This document shows, in pieces, positions 17,682 through 28,006 of a stretch of 64,000 nt of DNA (positions are counted from its first letter, which is position 1; the number at the start of each line of letters is the position of its first letter). Where the stretch lies: positions 1,088,001 to 1,152,000 of the forward strand of contig OZ253665.1 of assembly GCA_965263295.1 (NCBI GenBank), written 5' to 3'. The DNA comes from Spirochaetia bacterium. Lineage in GTDB: Bacteria; Spirochaetota; Spirochaetia; SP-2023. The translations under genes and the position numbers were made by a program. The notes beneath the pieces are model-generated. The model was not told where the DNA came from and searched no databases. It saw only the letters and a list, made by a program, of their open reading frames with translations.

Positions 17682-19070
17682 ATGCATAACAGCGGCACTA
17701 GTTACCTATTAATGCACGACAATCAATATCTGGCCTTTCAAGAACAGATACAGGATGCCCAAATTGATGAAAGCGAAATACTTCCCGACGCGTTTACTGA
17801 TTTCTGGCAAGATTGGTTTAGACTCTCACAGCAAAATTGCAACGACTTCTTTCAGCTATTACAAATCCTAGAACGATTACTATTTCAAAGTGCCGATGAA
17901 CTATTAACTCACGAACTGAGTAGTGCTCTGTGCAAGGCTTTGCGCTTTTGGCAACTACAAATACAACGCTATAATGAAGGCGAAAATCAAACGGACAGAT
18001 TTCTGCACTTTCCTAATGCATCGCAAATTCCCAAACATAACCCGCAAAAAGTTAATAGAACTGATACCGCTGTTCGTGTCAGCCTCAAAGTTCTAATTCA
18101 TACCTGGGAGAAGTTCCTGCAAAAATTTATACCACAGCTGAATCATCACCGCAGTATCATAATGAAAGCTATAGCCGTACCGTATAGTTTTAGCGGACTA
18201 GCAATCATTCAGGGCATTGATAAAGAAATCCTACAACAAGATAGCTCGCTCTCCCCCTACTCTTCCATTCATTCAAACATTAGTAAACAGAACTCCCGCA
18301 ATATTCAGGACAGCGCCATTCAGCACTCCTGGGGCGTAGATCTGCTGACAGCCAAGTTCCAGAAAACTATCGGCAAGTTGCCCCAAGCAGAACAATTACT
18401 CCAAAGTCTGATCCACACCCTGCAGCCCAATGTGCACAATGCCACTTTTAGCGCTGTAACTTTTGAACTATGTGATATTTACCAGCAAATGGAACAAGAT
18501 AAACTTTTTCGGCAACATATACGACATCTAGTGCTGCAAAATCCGGCAAATTGGGATTTTACTCTAGTCGGTGGCCAATTCTGCAGCCAACTATTAAATA
18601 AACTGCCTCATCGGATCCGCAATCACTTTCACAGCAACGATCCTGTGGCCCTGAACTGGGCAGGCCTCTATGCATTGGCAGCTGGAGAATATGGCCCTGG
18701 CGATACATTGAATCGCCAGATGCAGAAAGCCTACTGGGCACAGATCCTACAGCTAAAAAAATCAATCAGTGATCAGAAATTATCCGTCAAGCAACATGAA
18801 AGCCAAAAGAATCTGGGTCTTTTAAAGGAAAAAAATCCGGCCTCAAGTCACCAGACAAGACAGAGCACTAACATAGAATTTTATACCTTGCAAAGAGCAC
18901 AGTTACTAGTCTACTATATTCTAATTTTAGAACATTTAAACTGGGTTCGCAAGTCAGAAAGCTCCCGCCAGGTACTAGAAGAAAATTCAGCATTATGGCA
19001 AAATGTAATGATCGAAATTTATTCGCTATCAGAAGACATATCCCAACGGTGTAGAAATCGTTTTTCCTGA
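17682..19070 (+). CDS. Hypothetical protein (462 aa, Gln/Leu-rich, probably helical)
   Basis: Long ORF that fills the gap between the DGC and greA; no motif recognised. Confidence 0.6.
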   Translation: MHNSGTSYLLMHDNQYLAFQEQIQDAQIDESEILPDAFTDFWQDWFRLSQQNCNDFFQLLQILERLLFQSADELLTHELSSALCKALRFWQLQIQRYNEGENQTDRFLHFPNASQIPKHNPQKVNRTDTAVRVSLKVLIHTWEKFLQKFIPQLNHHRSIIMKAIAVPYSFSGLAIIQGIDKEILQQDSSLSPYSSIHSNISKQNSRNIQDSAIQHSWGVDLLTAKFQKTIGKLPQAEQLLQSLIHTLQPNVHNATFSAVTFELCDIYQQMEQDKLFRQHIRHLVLQNPANWDFTLVGGQFCSQLLNKLPHRIRNHFHSNDPVALNWAGLYALAAGEYGPGDTLNRQMQKAYWAQILQLKKSISDQKLSVKQHESQKNLGLLKEKNPASSHQTRQSTNIEFYTLQRAQLLVYYILILEHLNWVRKSESSRQVLEENSALWQNVMIEIYSLSEDISQRCRNRFS

Positions 19071-19116
19071 ACAGCTTAGCCCTCTCAGACCAGTGATTAC
19101 GATAGCGATATAGCCA

Positions 19117-21858
19117 ATGGAGGTTCTATATCATATGGCCAATGACATCCTGCAAGAGATAGAGCGTCAACTTACCGCAGAACAATGGACTCGTACGCCT
19201 ATCGCAGAATTTACCATCGGTAACTTCAAGGATTTTGACCAACTGTTGGAACGGATTTTCGATGCGGGCAAACAAAATGCAGCCAAAGAACTCTGCAAAA
19301 ATTTCCTTGAACAAAATAAAAATAGCGTTATCGCACTATATCTCTGCGGGATCATATCTTTACATCGTCAGCAAATTGATGATGCCTATATGCTTTCTGT
19401 CATTGACTATTTCCACAAGCACAAACGCTGGGGTCTCTGTCGGCACCTCTGTGAGCGCGGCTTGAGTTTCGGTGAAAATGCCGTTATTTTGCGCATTCTG
19501 GCCGAGTGCTGTGAACAGCAAAAACAAGTAGAAGAACTCTACAACGTATGGACACGCCTGGTAAAAGTGGACTACCAGGAGGCGGATATTGTCATGGCTC
19601 TGGCCCGTCATTTCGAAGAGCAGGGCGATACGGCATCGGCCATAGACTTTTATCACAAAGCCGTCAATCGCTACATTAATAACCGTAAGGTCAAAGCGAT
19701 TACCGAAGCCTGGGAGGCTTTGATCCGCCTCGATCTGGATCACATTGATATCTTTGGTCAGATTTCAAGGAAAGTTGCGGCCATTGCGCCTCTACAAGCC
19801 ATCGACAACTTAAACTCGCTTTACGAAGCTTACAAGACTAGCGCCGCCAATAAGGAACGAGTTATTGTGGTGCTAAAGTGGCTGCTTGAACTTGAGCCCA
19901 ATTACCCTCGTACCCGCAAGGCCATAGTCCAGGCTTATCGCGAAATGTATGCCGATCACAGTCACCTTGAAGATTACATTAGATCTTCCAGTCTCGATCA
20001 ATCCTGGCGCAATGTCAGCGAGGCTATTTCTGACTTTGAGAAACACATCTCGTATGACGTAGGCAATTTTGTATATCACAACAATTGGGGCGTGGGTCGC
20101 ATCGCCGAGATCGAAAACGAGAGCATGGTTATCGATTTTTCCAAGAAGCGTGGTCACAAACTGTCAACTCGCATGGCAATTGAAGCCTTACAGAGCCTGC
20201 CAAAGAATCACATATGGGTTCTCAAGAGTGCCGTCAACAAAGAGAAGCTGCATCGACGCGTCAAAAACGACCCGGCCTGGGCGTTGCGCACGGTAATCCA
20301 AAGCTTCAACAATCAAGCTGATATAAAGAAAATCAAAGGTGAATTAGTTCCCCATATCCTGAGTGAAGGCGAGTGGAGCACATGGAGCAAAAACGCGCGA
20401 AAGATGTTAAAAGAAGATGCTTTTTTTGGCGTCCATCCAGAACTACCCAATGTATTTGTCGTCAGGGAAAAACCGATGTCACATGGCGAAAAGCTCGCCA
20501 ACAGTTTTTCTGGTGAAAATGACTTTTTCAAACGACTCAGAATTGCCCAGGAATACCTGACCAGTAATGACGCAGATACCGACTATTTCCTGGAAATGTT
20601 TCGTTATTTCGCATCGAACTTAAAGATTCAGAATATCAACGAACAATATGTCGCTTCGTACTTGTATATCAAGCACTTACAAAAAGATCATCCATTTTTG
20701 ACTATTGAGGCAGAGGTTCCATCTTTTAGTGAAATCTATGCTCAGTTAGAAAAGCCAAGCGAAATTTATGCAAGAATTAGCAATGAAAAGCTGCAGCAAT
20801 TTTTTCTCAACTCCCTGCAAGAAGAGGTGAGCAGTTGGCCCAGCGAAGTGGCGAAGCTCTTTCCGTTGGCACCTAGCGAAATGATTATTGACCTGCTTCT
20901 CGACAATGACCAATTTGAACAGCTCAAAGAGATTGTAGCCAATATCGTCAATCATTTCCGCGAGATGCGAACCGCCTTTGTCTGGCTCATGCAAAACACT
21001 CAGAAAAAGGCTTGGTTTAAAAACTGTCAGATTGCCAGCGAACAGTTAGTCGTCTCCATGCTCCGCCTCTTCGATTTGTCTGCCCGCGATATTTCGAGCA
21101 AGAAAGATGTCCAGGAGAACCGCAGGTCACTGCGCGTACTTTACAAAGTTTTGATCAAAGAAAATTACCTTCGTTGTTTTATTGAAAGTCCAGAGTGCAA
21201 CCTGACTTTTGCCACCCGTATCTATGCTTTGCTGAAAGAAATTGGTCGCATGGATAAAGATATAACCAAACTTGAAGCCAACTGGTTTCAGGACACCTAC
21301 CAACTAATCACTAATCGCTTCCCTAAACTCGACCAGAATACGGGCGAGAGCACGATACCAGACATTATCAGCAGTGCCGGTCAGTTTATCCTTGTGACTG
21401 AATCTGGCTTGGCCCGTCAACGCGAAGAACTGCGCCATATTCTGGAAGTAGAAATACCCCAAAACTCCAAAGAAATTGGCGCGGCCATTGAGTTGGGGGA
21501 TTTGAGCGAGAACGCCGAATACAAGGCGGGCAAGGAAAAACAAGAGGCGCTTAACATTCAGGTCGGCAAGCTGCGCTCTGAAATTGACAAGGCGAAGGTT
21601 TTTAATCCGAGTGACATCAATACCGTAGAAATAGGCTTTGGAACAAAAGTTAATCTACTAAACATGGATAAATCAATGGAAGAAGACTTTGTTATTCTAG
21701 GACCTTGGGAATCGGCCCCGGATAAAGGTGTAATTTCTTACCTTTCGCCATTTGGCAATGCTCTACTCGGAGCGAAAAAAGACGAAGAAGTTTCTTTCGT
21801 AATCAACGAACGAAGATCTCACTACAAAGTCGTGTCCATTGCAAAAGCCGAATTCTAA
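19117..21858 (+). CDS. greA: Transcription elongation factor GreA, long spirochaete form with N-terminal TPR-like/helical extension
   Basis: C-terminal EIPQNSKEIGAAIELGDLSENAEYKA...ILGPWES...ISYLSPFG, plus VYHNNWGVGRI. Alternative start ATG 19135. Confidence 0.93.
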   Translation: MEVLYHMANDILQEIERQLTAEQWTRTPIAEFTIGNFKDFDQLLERIFDAGKQNAAKELCKNFLEQNKNSVIALYLCGIISLHRQQIDDAYMLSVIDYFHKHKRWGLCRHLCERGLSFGENAVILRILAECCEQQKQVEELYNVWTRLVKVDYQEADIVMALARHFEEQGDTASAIDFYHKAVNRYINNRKVKAITEAWEALIRLDLDHIDIFGQISRKVAAIAPLQAIDNLNSLYEAYKTSAANKERVIVVLKWLLELEPNYPRTRKAIVQAYREMYADHSHLEDYIRSSSLDQSWRNVSEAISDFEKHISYDVGNFVYHNNWGVGRIAEIENESMVIDFSKKRGHKLSTRMAIEALQSLPKNHIWVLKSAVNKEKLHRRVKNDPAWALRTVIQSFNNQADIKKIKGELVPHILSEGEWSTWSKNARKMLKEDAFFGVHPELPNVFVVREKPMSHGEKLANSFSGENDFFKRLRIAQEYLTSNDADTDYFLEMFRYFASNLKIQNINEQYVASYLYIKHLQKDHPFLTIEAEVPSFSEIYAQLEKPSEIYARISNEKLQQFFLNSLQEEVSSWPSEVAKLFPLAPSEMIIDLLLDNDQFEQLKEIVANIVNHFREMRTAFVWLMQNTQKKAWFKNCQIASEQLVVSMLRLFDLSARDISSKKDVQENRRSLRVLYKVLIKENYLRCFIESPECNLTFATRIYALLKEIGRMDKDITKLEANWFQDTYQLITNRFPKLDQNTGESTIPDIISSAGQFILVTESGLARQREELRHILEVEIPQNSKEIGAAIELGDLSENAEYKAGKEKQEALNIQVGKLRSEIDKAKVFNPSDINTVEIGFGTKVNLLNMDKSMEEDFVILGPWESAPDKGVISYLSPFGNALLGAKKDEEVSFVINERRSHYKVVSIAKAEF

Positions 21859-21983
21859 TCATTTGGTATCAAGAGAAATAACTGTTGCGCCCTCCCCTTG
21901 TCGATACAGTGTCTTTCTTTTGTTTTTCTTATCTCGCTTCAATTTGGCCATGTCCTATCGGCATTGTCGGCACTGTCAAGTCC

Positions 21984-22013
21984 TTGCCGTTTTGGGGCTT
22001 TTGTTTTTATACT
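21984..22013 (+). promoter_or_regulatory. Possible sigma70-type promoter
   Basis: TTGCCG-N18-TATACT, ~35 nt upstream of ORF 22048. Confidence 0.4.
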
Positions 22014-22047
22014 CGTATCTTATACATAGGATTTTGATACCTTAGAT

Positions 22048-22740
22048 ATGAAGATTTTCCTCAACGATGCCGAAAGTCCCTTTGCAAGGTGCTTCATTGA
22101 AATTGCTCACGGCAAGGAACACTCAATTATTGCTGCGCGCCAACAGTTCGGGGACGAAAACAAAAACCTACAATCAAGTGGAGAGTTGGATGGCTCCCCA
22201 CGGATTCTGACCTGGAACTTGGCATCTATTTTCTCTATTCGCTTAATTCTTCGCCAGTGCCAATTTACTTGGGGCAATGCAGAGCCCTGCACATATATAT
22301 TTTTACTACAAAGCAGTATGGTTTCAGCCTCATTGCTGCGCGACAAGCTTCACGAAATACATCAGAAAATTGAGGAGCAATTGTACGGGCAGCTGGTATT
22401 GCTGCGCGAACTAGAAAATCAACGCAGCAAGTTCAGCGGTAACATCCAAGACAATAACCGCCTCGTATTTATTGTTTTAGAAGAGAACAACCCTGTCGAA
22501 CTGTTAGGGGGAAGTATTTACTCGGCGCTGCGCTACTGCTTCCATCAAATGTTGAGCAACAGTAATGACCCTAATATTTTAGGTTTCTACTCACAGAGCA
22601 ATAACTATGAATTATTTAGCACTTTTATTCTGAACCAATTAAAAAAGCGCCCAGAACGCTACATCGGGAAGTGGATCAACTTCAAGGAATCCTGGCTGGG
22701 AAACAGTACCGGCAATAACTTTATGAATCGTTGGAAGTAA
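22048..22740 (+). CDS. Hypothetical protein (possible degenerate Rossmann/SDR-like fold)
   Basis: 230-aa ORF whose N-terminal beta-alpha pattern and LTWNLASIFSIR segment resemble conserved spirochaete hypotheticals; 4 nt upstream of the next gene. Confidence 0.55.
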   Translation: MKIFLNDAESPFARCFIEIAHGKEHSIIAARQQFGDENKNLQSSGELDGSPRILTWNLASIFSIRLILRQCQFTWGNAEPCTYIFLLQSSMVSASLLRDKLHEIHQKIEEQLYGQLVLLRELENQRSKFSGNIQDNNRLVFIVLEENNPVELLGGSIYSALRYCFHQMLSNSNDPNILGFYSQSNNYELFSTFILNQLKKRPERYIGKWINFKESWLGNSTGNNFMNRWK

Positions 22741-22744
22741 TTAT

Positions 22745-23995
22745 ATGAGATATCGTCTGCTCAGCTTTACTAGTCTCATTAGCGCTTTAGTGCTATCACT
22801 TATCTTCGTCAGAGCCAGTACCGCTAGCGAGATAGACCGAATTGGCCCAATCCTATCTATTCTGGCAGGCTATATAACCCAAGGTGTCACAATACTAACC
22901 ATCCTCCTCCTACTGACCAGTCTGTGTATTTCAAATAACCGTCTATTGCGTGGGCGCAGCTTCTGGAGGGCTATCCGCTATTTTTTTACTTCGGCTATAG
23001 CCATTTATTCATTAAGTCAAACCATTGCTTTTTTAATTAGTAAATTACCCTTCTTGCCTGGCGACCAGGTACCCGATATTTCTCACATCCATAACTCACT
23101 TTCAGTTTTCGGCCTAAATGCTGAAACCTGGGAGCAAATTCAAAACATCCAGGGATTTTTTTCCTGGGCGTTTACATTTTCCCAATTGAACAACAATCAC
23201 TACATAATCTGGATTGCCACCGCCTCTGTCTTGGCTTTTGTGATGCTGCACGACATGGAAGTTGCCGAACCTACCTATAATCTGACAGACTCAATTAGCC
23301 GTCTGTCTTTCCGGCTCCTGCAAAACCTTTCCGCTCTGCTGACTATTTACCTCGCTATCTATACCATATATATAGTTTGGCAAATTCGCAGCAATGCTCT
23401 TCTCGGTTTTTACATGGGATTCTTCGTTCGCCTGATTGTTGTAACTATCTTGTTATTTATGCTAGCACCTCTATTTCTGTTCTTTGTCTACAAAGATAGA
23501 AACTCACCTAAATTTTTTTGGCAAAGCTTTTTGAATATATTTACCAGTTTCCTCACAGGTAACGCCATGTTCAGTATGGGAGTCCTAATTGTCGAGCAGA
23601 AGAATCACCTTGCAATGCCACGCGACACCAGTGGCATTCTCAACCCTTTAAACCTTTTATTACTGCGCCCTGGCGCAGCGATCGTTCTGGCCTATTCTTT
23701 CATTACCTATTATTCTAGCAATACGCGCTGGCAATTGAATTTTTTCCCAGAAGTATTTTGGTTAGTCATCATTCCCATTGGCTTTGCCATTGTGATTGGA
23801 CTATTTTCCATAACTAATTATTTTATGGTGTTGCCTTTTTATTTTGTTTTATTCGGACTGGGAACAACCGATACTTTTGTTATCATGACCCCGGTACTTT
23901 TGCTGGGTCAAAGTTTCGCAAATTGTATTGACCTGCTGAGCTGGAATCTGTCAAATTATATTTATGACAGATTTCATAATCAAGCCACAGAATAA
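22745..23995 (+). CDS. Polytopic membrane protein, probable divergent dicarboxylate/amino acid:cation symporter
   Basis: About 9-10 hydrophobic segments, with AEPTYNLTDSISRL and LLLRPGAA segments. Family assignment is by resemblance only. Confidence 0.55.
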   Translation: MRYRLLSFTSLISALVLSLIFVRASTASEIDRIGPILSILAGYITQGVTILTILLLLTSLCISNNRLLRGRSFWRAIRYFFTSAIAIYSLSQTIAFLISKLPFLPGDQVPDISHIHNSLSVFGLNAETWEQIQNIQGFFSWAFTFSQLNNNHYIIWIATASVLAFVMLHDMEVAEPTYNLTDSISRLSFRLLQNLSALLTIYLAIYTIYIVWQIRSNALLGFYMGFFVRLIVVTILLFMLAPLFLFFVYKDRNSPKFFWQSFLNIFTSFLTGNAMFSMGVLIVEQKNHLAMPRDTSGILNPLNLLLLRPGAAIVLAYSFITYYSSNTRWQLNFFPEVFWLVIIPIGFAIVIGLFSITNYFMVLPFYFVLFGLGTTDTFVIMTPVLLLGQSFANCIDLLSWNLSNYIYDRFHNQATE

Positions 23996-24046
23996 ACACA
24001 ACGATATGGGTAACCCAAAACAATAATTGTAGCGTGAGTTTAACCT

Positions 24047-25993
24047 ATGCTAATGCGCTCCCCGCGTAGATCCCGCAATTCCATGATAGCTAGACTAATT
24101 TATTTCATTTTTGGGTGGTTGTACCAGATCGGTCGCTTTACCCTCCAAGAATTCCGCCAATTCTTCAGTGTGCCTAAAAGTGAACTTTCGAAAAACTTCT
24201 GGCTGACCACACGTTATCATATTAATAGTATGGGACTATGGTGCGCCGTCGGCATAGCTGTACTCCACCTGATTTATTACATTGTAGTTCTCTCTTCCCC
24301 AGAAAATCTTCCTGGCCTTGATATTAAAATTGACGAAGAAGGCGGCCTGACCGCCTTACGCAACTTCAACTATCGAACGGCCCACCTTCTCCGAGCATAT
24401 GGATTCCACCTGATTGGCGCGGCACTCTTCACCTTGTTTCTGATCTTCTGGCTTTATATTCATTACGCTTATGGCAATCTATCAAAGCGGATGTCTCTGC
24501 TATTTTGCATCATCTACATAATTGGCAGCAATGTGGAAAGCTTAAGCAGCCTTTCGACATCTTTTGCCGACCTGTGGCTAATTATGACACCGATTATCAT
24601 TATTCCGACAGTCGGCAACTATCGCTCATTGCCTCTGCTGTTGATGAATCTGCTGCTGCATCACCTGTTTGTCAGCTACCAGCCTGGCCCCTATGACATT
24701 CTAACCAGTGTTGCGACCCTGTTTATTGCCGTCTTCATCATGATGATGCAAATGGAATATTATCGCCGTGAAGTATGCCTGCACGAATCGGCCAGCCGCT
24801 TGCGCGAACGCGCCTTAGAAATTGAACTGATCAAAGAAAACATGGACAGTGGCCTAATGCTACTCGACTTGGATTTAAAAATTCGTTCCAACTACAACGA
24901 CATGTGCATTAAGTTACTACACAAAAGTAACTTACGTGGCAAATATTTTCCCCAATTGCTGCGCGACATCGTCGAAGAAAATCAGTATTTTATCAACTCA
25001 ATGAATTATAGCGCGGATCCAGAAGGCGACGAATATAAGCTTGGGGAACTCAATGAATGGGAAGAACGTGTCAAGCATTACTTTGAAATGCTGAAGGCCG
25101 AACAATTAGACGATGATGAACTGGCTTCAATTGATCCTTTGAAATACATCAAGATTTATTCTTACGAAGGGCGTAGCTACGTCAGCTTCCATGTTTCATC
25201 CATTAAGGTTCACGAAAGAATTCAGTATTTTATGGTGCTGCTTAGCAATGATACCGGCAAAGTAGCTGGCCGTTATCGCATTTTGGAACACGAAAGAAAG
25301 CATCTAGAGAGCGCACAGCTGCTATTTGCGCTCTCGCATGGCAGTCCGACTAAACAACTAGAGATGCTGGAGAACTTTGCGCATAGTTATCTGGAGCTCT
25401 GTAAATCTGTCTTGACAGAAGCCCGCGCTACCATCCCGCCCAAACAGTTGATTGAAAAAGTTTGCCAGCATCTCGTAATTATGAAGAATATCTTTTGCGA
25501 GTTGAATCTGGCCAATTATGGAGAGCATGCCGAAGGACTCTTAAAAAAGTGCCATGATTTTTTACAGATAGAACTTGAAGACACTAGCAATGCTATCATC
25601 ATCATTAACAAATTGACACAGACGCGTTATATCGAGCTAATCGTTGATTGTGAACGCTTCTTGCATGAACTGCGTTCCTTGTTTAGTATCGCGACATTTT
25701 TTATTCGCGAGCCGCGATTGGCCGAGGAGTTGCAGGCACTAAAGCAAGCTCTGCACTACGGCCTGAGCCGTGATACCCTACAAACTCAACCTATCGTTAA
25801 TTTTTACGACACACAGCTAAGCCAAGAATGCCAAATGTTTATCAATTTGTATACTGCTTTTGAAATGCTACTCAGCCAGCATGACCTACAACAAGATTTA
25901 AAACGAGTAGAAGAGCGTTTTGCCCGCCAACAGAGCATTAATAGTCACGCGGTGTCGCAGGCGCAAATGCAATCCGAAGCGATTGACAAATAG
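24047..25993 (+). CDS. Membrane sensor-like protein (multi-TM, PAS-like, degenerate HPt-like region, no HATPase)
   Basis: About 6 TM helices; IKENMDSGLMLLDLDLKIRSNY PAS-like start; VCQHLVIMKNIFCELNL helix resembling an HPt H-box. Confidence 0.5.
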   Translation: MLMRSPRRSRNSMIARLIYFIFGWLYQIGRFTLQEFRQFFSVPKSELSKNFWLTTRYHINSMGLWCAVGIAVLHLIYYIVVLSSPENLPGLDIKIDEEGGLTALRNFNYRTAHLLRAYGFHLIGAALFTLFLIFWLYIHYAYGNLSKRMSLLFCIIYIIGSNVESLSSLSTSFADLWLIMTPIIIIPTVGNYRSLPLLLMNLLLHHLFVSYQPGPYDILTSVATLFIAVFIMMMQMEYYRREVCLHESASRLRERALEIELIKENMDSGLMLLDLDLKIRSNYNDMCIKLLHKSNLRGKYFPQLLRDIVEENQYFINSMNYSADPEGDEYKLGELNEWEERVKHYFEMLKAEQLDDDELASIDPLKYIKIYSYEGRSYVSFHVSSIKVHERIQYFMVLLSNDTGKVAGRYRILEHERKHLESAQLLFALSHGSPTKQLEMLENFAHSYLELCKSVLTEARATIPPKQLIEKVCQHLVIMKNIFCELNLANYGEHAEGLLKKCHDFLQIELEDTSNAIIIINKLTQTRYIELIVDCERFLHELRSLFSIATFFIREPRLAEELQALKQALHYGLSRDTLQTQPIVNFYDTQLSQECQMFINLYTAFEMLLSQHDLQQDLKRVEERFARQQSINSHAVSQAQMQSEAIDK

Positions 25994-26084
25994 AAGGTTT
26001 TCTTTTTTGTTCTTACCTGTCAAATAAACCCATAGAATTCAGACTATAATATTCGCCATATGCAAATTTTGAAGAGGATCACCC

Positions 26085-27992
26085 GTGATGCAGCAGCGCA
26101 GCCATTATTGTAACTTACAAACCTTGAATCAGGACTCAAGTTGGGAAACAAAGAGCCAGGCTCATCCTGACCTCAAAGCCTTGATCGGACAAAATCTGAG
26201 TTTCAACGCTTGGATAAAAAAAATTCGACGTCATGGGGCTATCAATTTTGTCAATCTGCGCGACCGCTACGGAGAACTCCAATTAATTATCGACACCGAA
26301 CTCTATCCAGCCCTCAGAGGAGACGCAGAGAAGCTGCGGTTGGAATCTTGTATCGCGGCCAGCGGTATATTGCAATTCCGCCCAGAAAATATGCAGAATC
26401 CCCAAATGCCAACCGGCAGGGTTGAGCTGCTCGTCCACCAGCTGGAAATCCTCAACGCTTGCGAACCGCTGCCCTTCATGTTGCAAAAGGAAAAAGAGCA
26501 GCTTGGCGAGAGTGACGCCAATGAAGCGCTGCGCCTTCAATACCGCTACCTTGATCTCCGCAGTGACGGCATGCAACGACGTCTGATCCTGCGCCATCAG
26601 CTCAAACATCAGATCCATAGTTTTTTGCACCGGCATCGATTTCTCGAAGTCGAAACCCCTACGCTAATCCGTTCCATGCCCGAAGGTGCGCGCGACTACT
26701 TGGTCCCTTCACGCATTCACGATGGCAAGTTTTATGCGCTGCCCCAATCTCCCCAACTGTACAAGCAGCTCCTGATGGTCGGAGGTCTGGATCGTTACTA
26801 TCAAATCGCCCGCTGTTACCGCGACGAAGATGCTCGTGGAGACCGCCAGCCCGAATTTACGCAACTTGACCTGGAAATGAGCTTTGTTCGCGGCCAAGAC
26901 GTGCAACAATTAACGGAAGAGCTGCTGGCAAGCATCTGGGAAAAAGTTTTTAACCAAGAACTTAGCCGGCCATTCCCCAAACTAAGTTACGAAGACGCAA
27001 TGAACCATTATGGCAGTGACAAGCCCGATCTGCGCAACCCCCTACAGCTGCACGACTTTGCCGATTTTGCCCGAAATTCTGAATTTGGCGTATTTCGACA
27101 ATGCCTGGCCAGTCACGGCAGCATTAAAATGCTGGCCGTGCCCAAGGCCAGTGAATACTGCAGCCGCAAGGTGATCGCAGAGCTGGAAGAGGAAGCGGGA
27201 AAATACGGCGCCAAGGGCCTGGCCTGGACTCGCGTTGCAAGCAGTGGCTTCAACGGTGGCGTGGGACGCTTTCTCCAAGAACAGTTTAGCGCAATTTCCC
27301 AGGCCCACTCACTGCAAGCAGGCGACGTACTGTTTTTTGGCGCCGGCAGTTGGGATACGACATGCGAGGCCCTGGGCGCAGTCCGCAAAAAGCTGGGAGA
27401 AGCCTTGAACTTAGTCGATAAATCCGCTTTTGCCTTTACCTGGGTCGTCGACTTTCCACTCTTCGTGCCAACTGGTAAAGAGGCTGACAATGCCGGTACC
27501 GATGATACCGGCTGGGCTGCCGCTCACCATATGTTTTCCATGCCCCACGTCAAACACATCGACGAGATGGAACGGGATCCAGGAGCCGTGCGCGGCGACA
27601 TATACGACTTAGTACTAAATGGTTACGAACTGGGTTCGGGCTCAATACGAATCCATCGTGCCGACATTCAAGCCAAAGTTTTCGATATCGTGGGCTACCC
27701 CCGAGATCTCGCCGAAGAGCGCTTTGGCTTTATCCTTGAAGCTTTCCGCTACGGTGCCCCGCCGCACGGTGGCATTGCGCTAGGTCTTGATCGTCTGACC
27801 ATGATTATGGCCGGGCGAGAAAGCATCAAAGATGTCATCGCCTTCCCCAAAAATAACCTGGGCCAATCGCCGCTCGACGGCTCTCCTGGCACGGTGACAG
27901 AGGAACAAATGAACGAACTAAAAATTGCTAGACTTGAAAGTCAACGTTTAGCCCGTTTCCCGAATAACGAGCCAGACGCAGCAAAACAATAA
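26085..27992 (+). CDS. aspS: Aspartate--tRNA ligase (His in RRHG hints at the non-discriminating type)
   Basis: FVNLRDRYG, YRYLDLR, ALPQSPQLYKQLLM, RQPEFTQLDLEMSF, GAPPHGGIALGLDR; GAD insertion domain present. Confidence 0.98.
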   Translation: MMQQRSHYCNLQTLNQDSSWETKSQAHPDLKALIGQNLSFNAWIKKIRRHGAINFVNLRDRYGELQLIIDTELYPALRGDAEKLRLESCIAASGILQFRPENMQNPQMPTGRVELLVHQLEILNACEPLPFMLQKEKEQLGESDANEALRLQYRYLDLRSDGMQRRLILRHQLKHQIHSFLHRHRFLEVETPTLIRSMPEGARDYLVPSRIHDGKFYALPQSPQLYKQLLMVGGLDRYYQIARCYRDEDARGDRQPEFTQLDLEMSFVRGQDVQQLTEELLASIWEKVFNQELSRPFPKLSYEDAMNHYGSDKPDLRNPLQLHDFADFARNSEFGVFRQCLASHGSIKMLAVPKASEYCSRKVIAELEEEAGKYGAKGLAWTRVASSGFNGGVGRFLQEQFSAISQAHSLQAGDVLFFGAGSWDTTCEALGAVRKKLGEALNLVDKSAFAFTWVVDFPLFVPTGKEADNAGTDDTGWAAAHHMFSMPHVKHIDEMERDPGAVRGDIYDLVLNGYELGSGSIRIHRADIQAKVFDIVGYPRDLAEERFGFILEAFRYGAPPHGGIALGLDRLTMIMAGRESIKDVIAFPKNNLGQSPLDGSPGTVTEEQMNELKIARLESQRLARFPNNEPDAAKQ

Positions 27993-28006
27993 TTGCGACC
28001 TCGCAA

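Noticed and set aside
19085..19111. sigma28 promoter before greA (TCAG-N15-AGCGATAT)
   Set aside because: Two mismatches in the -10 octamer plus an imperfect -35; too weak to call.
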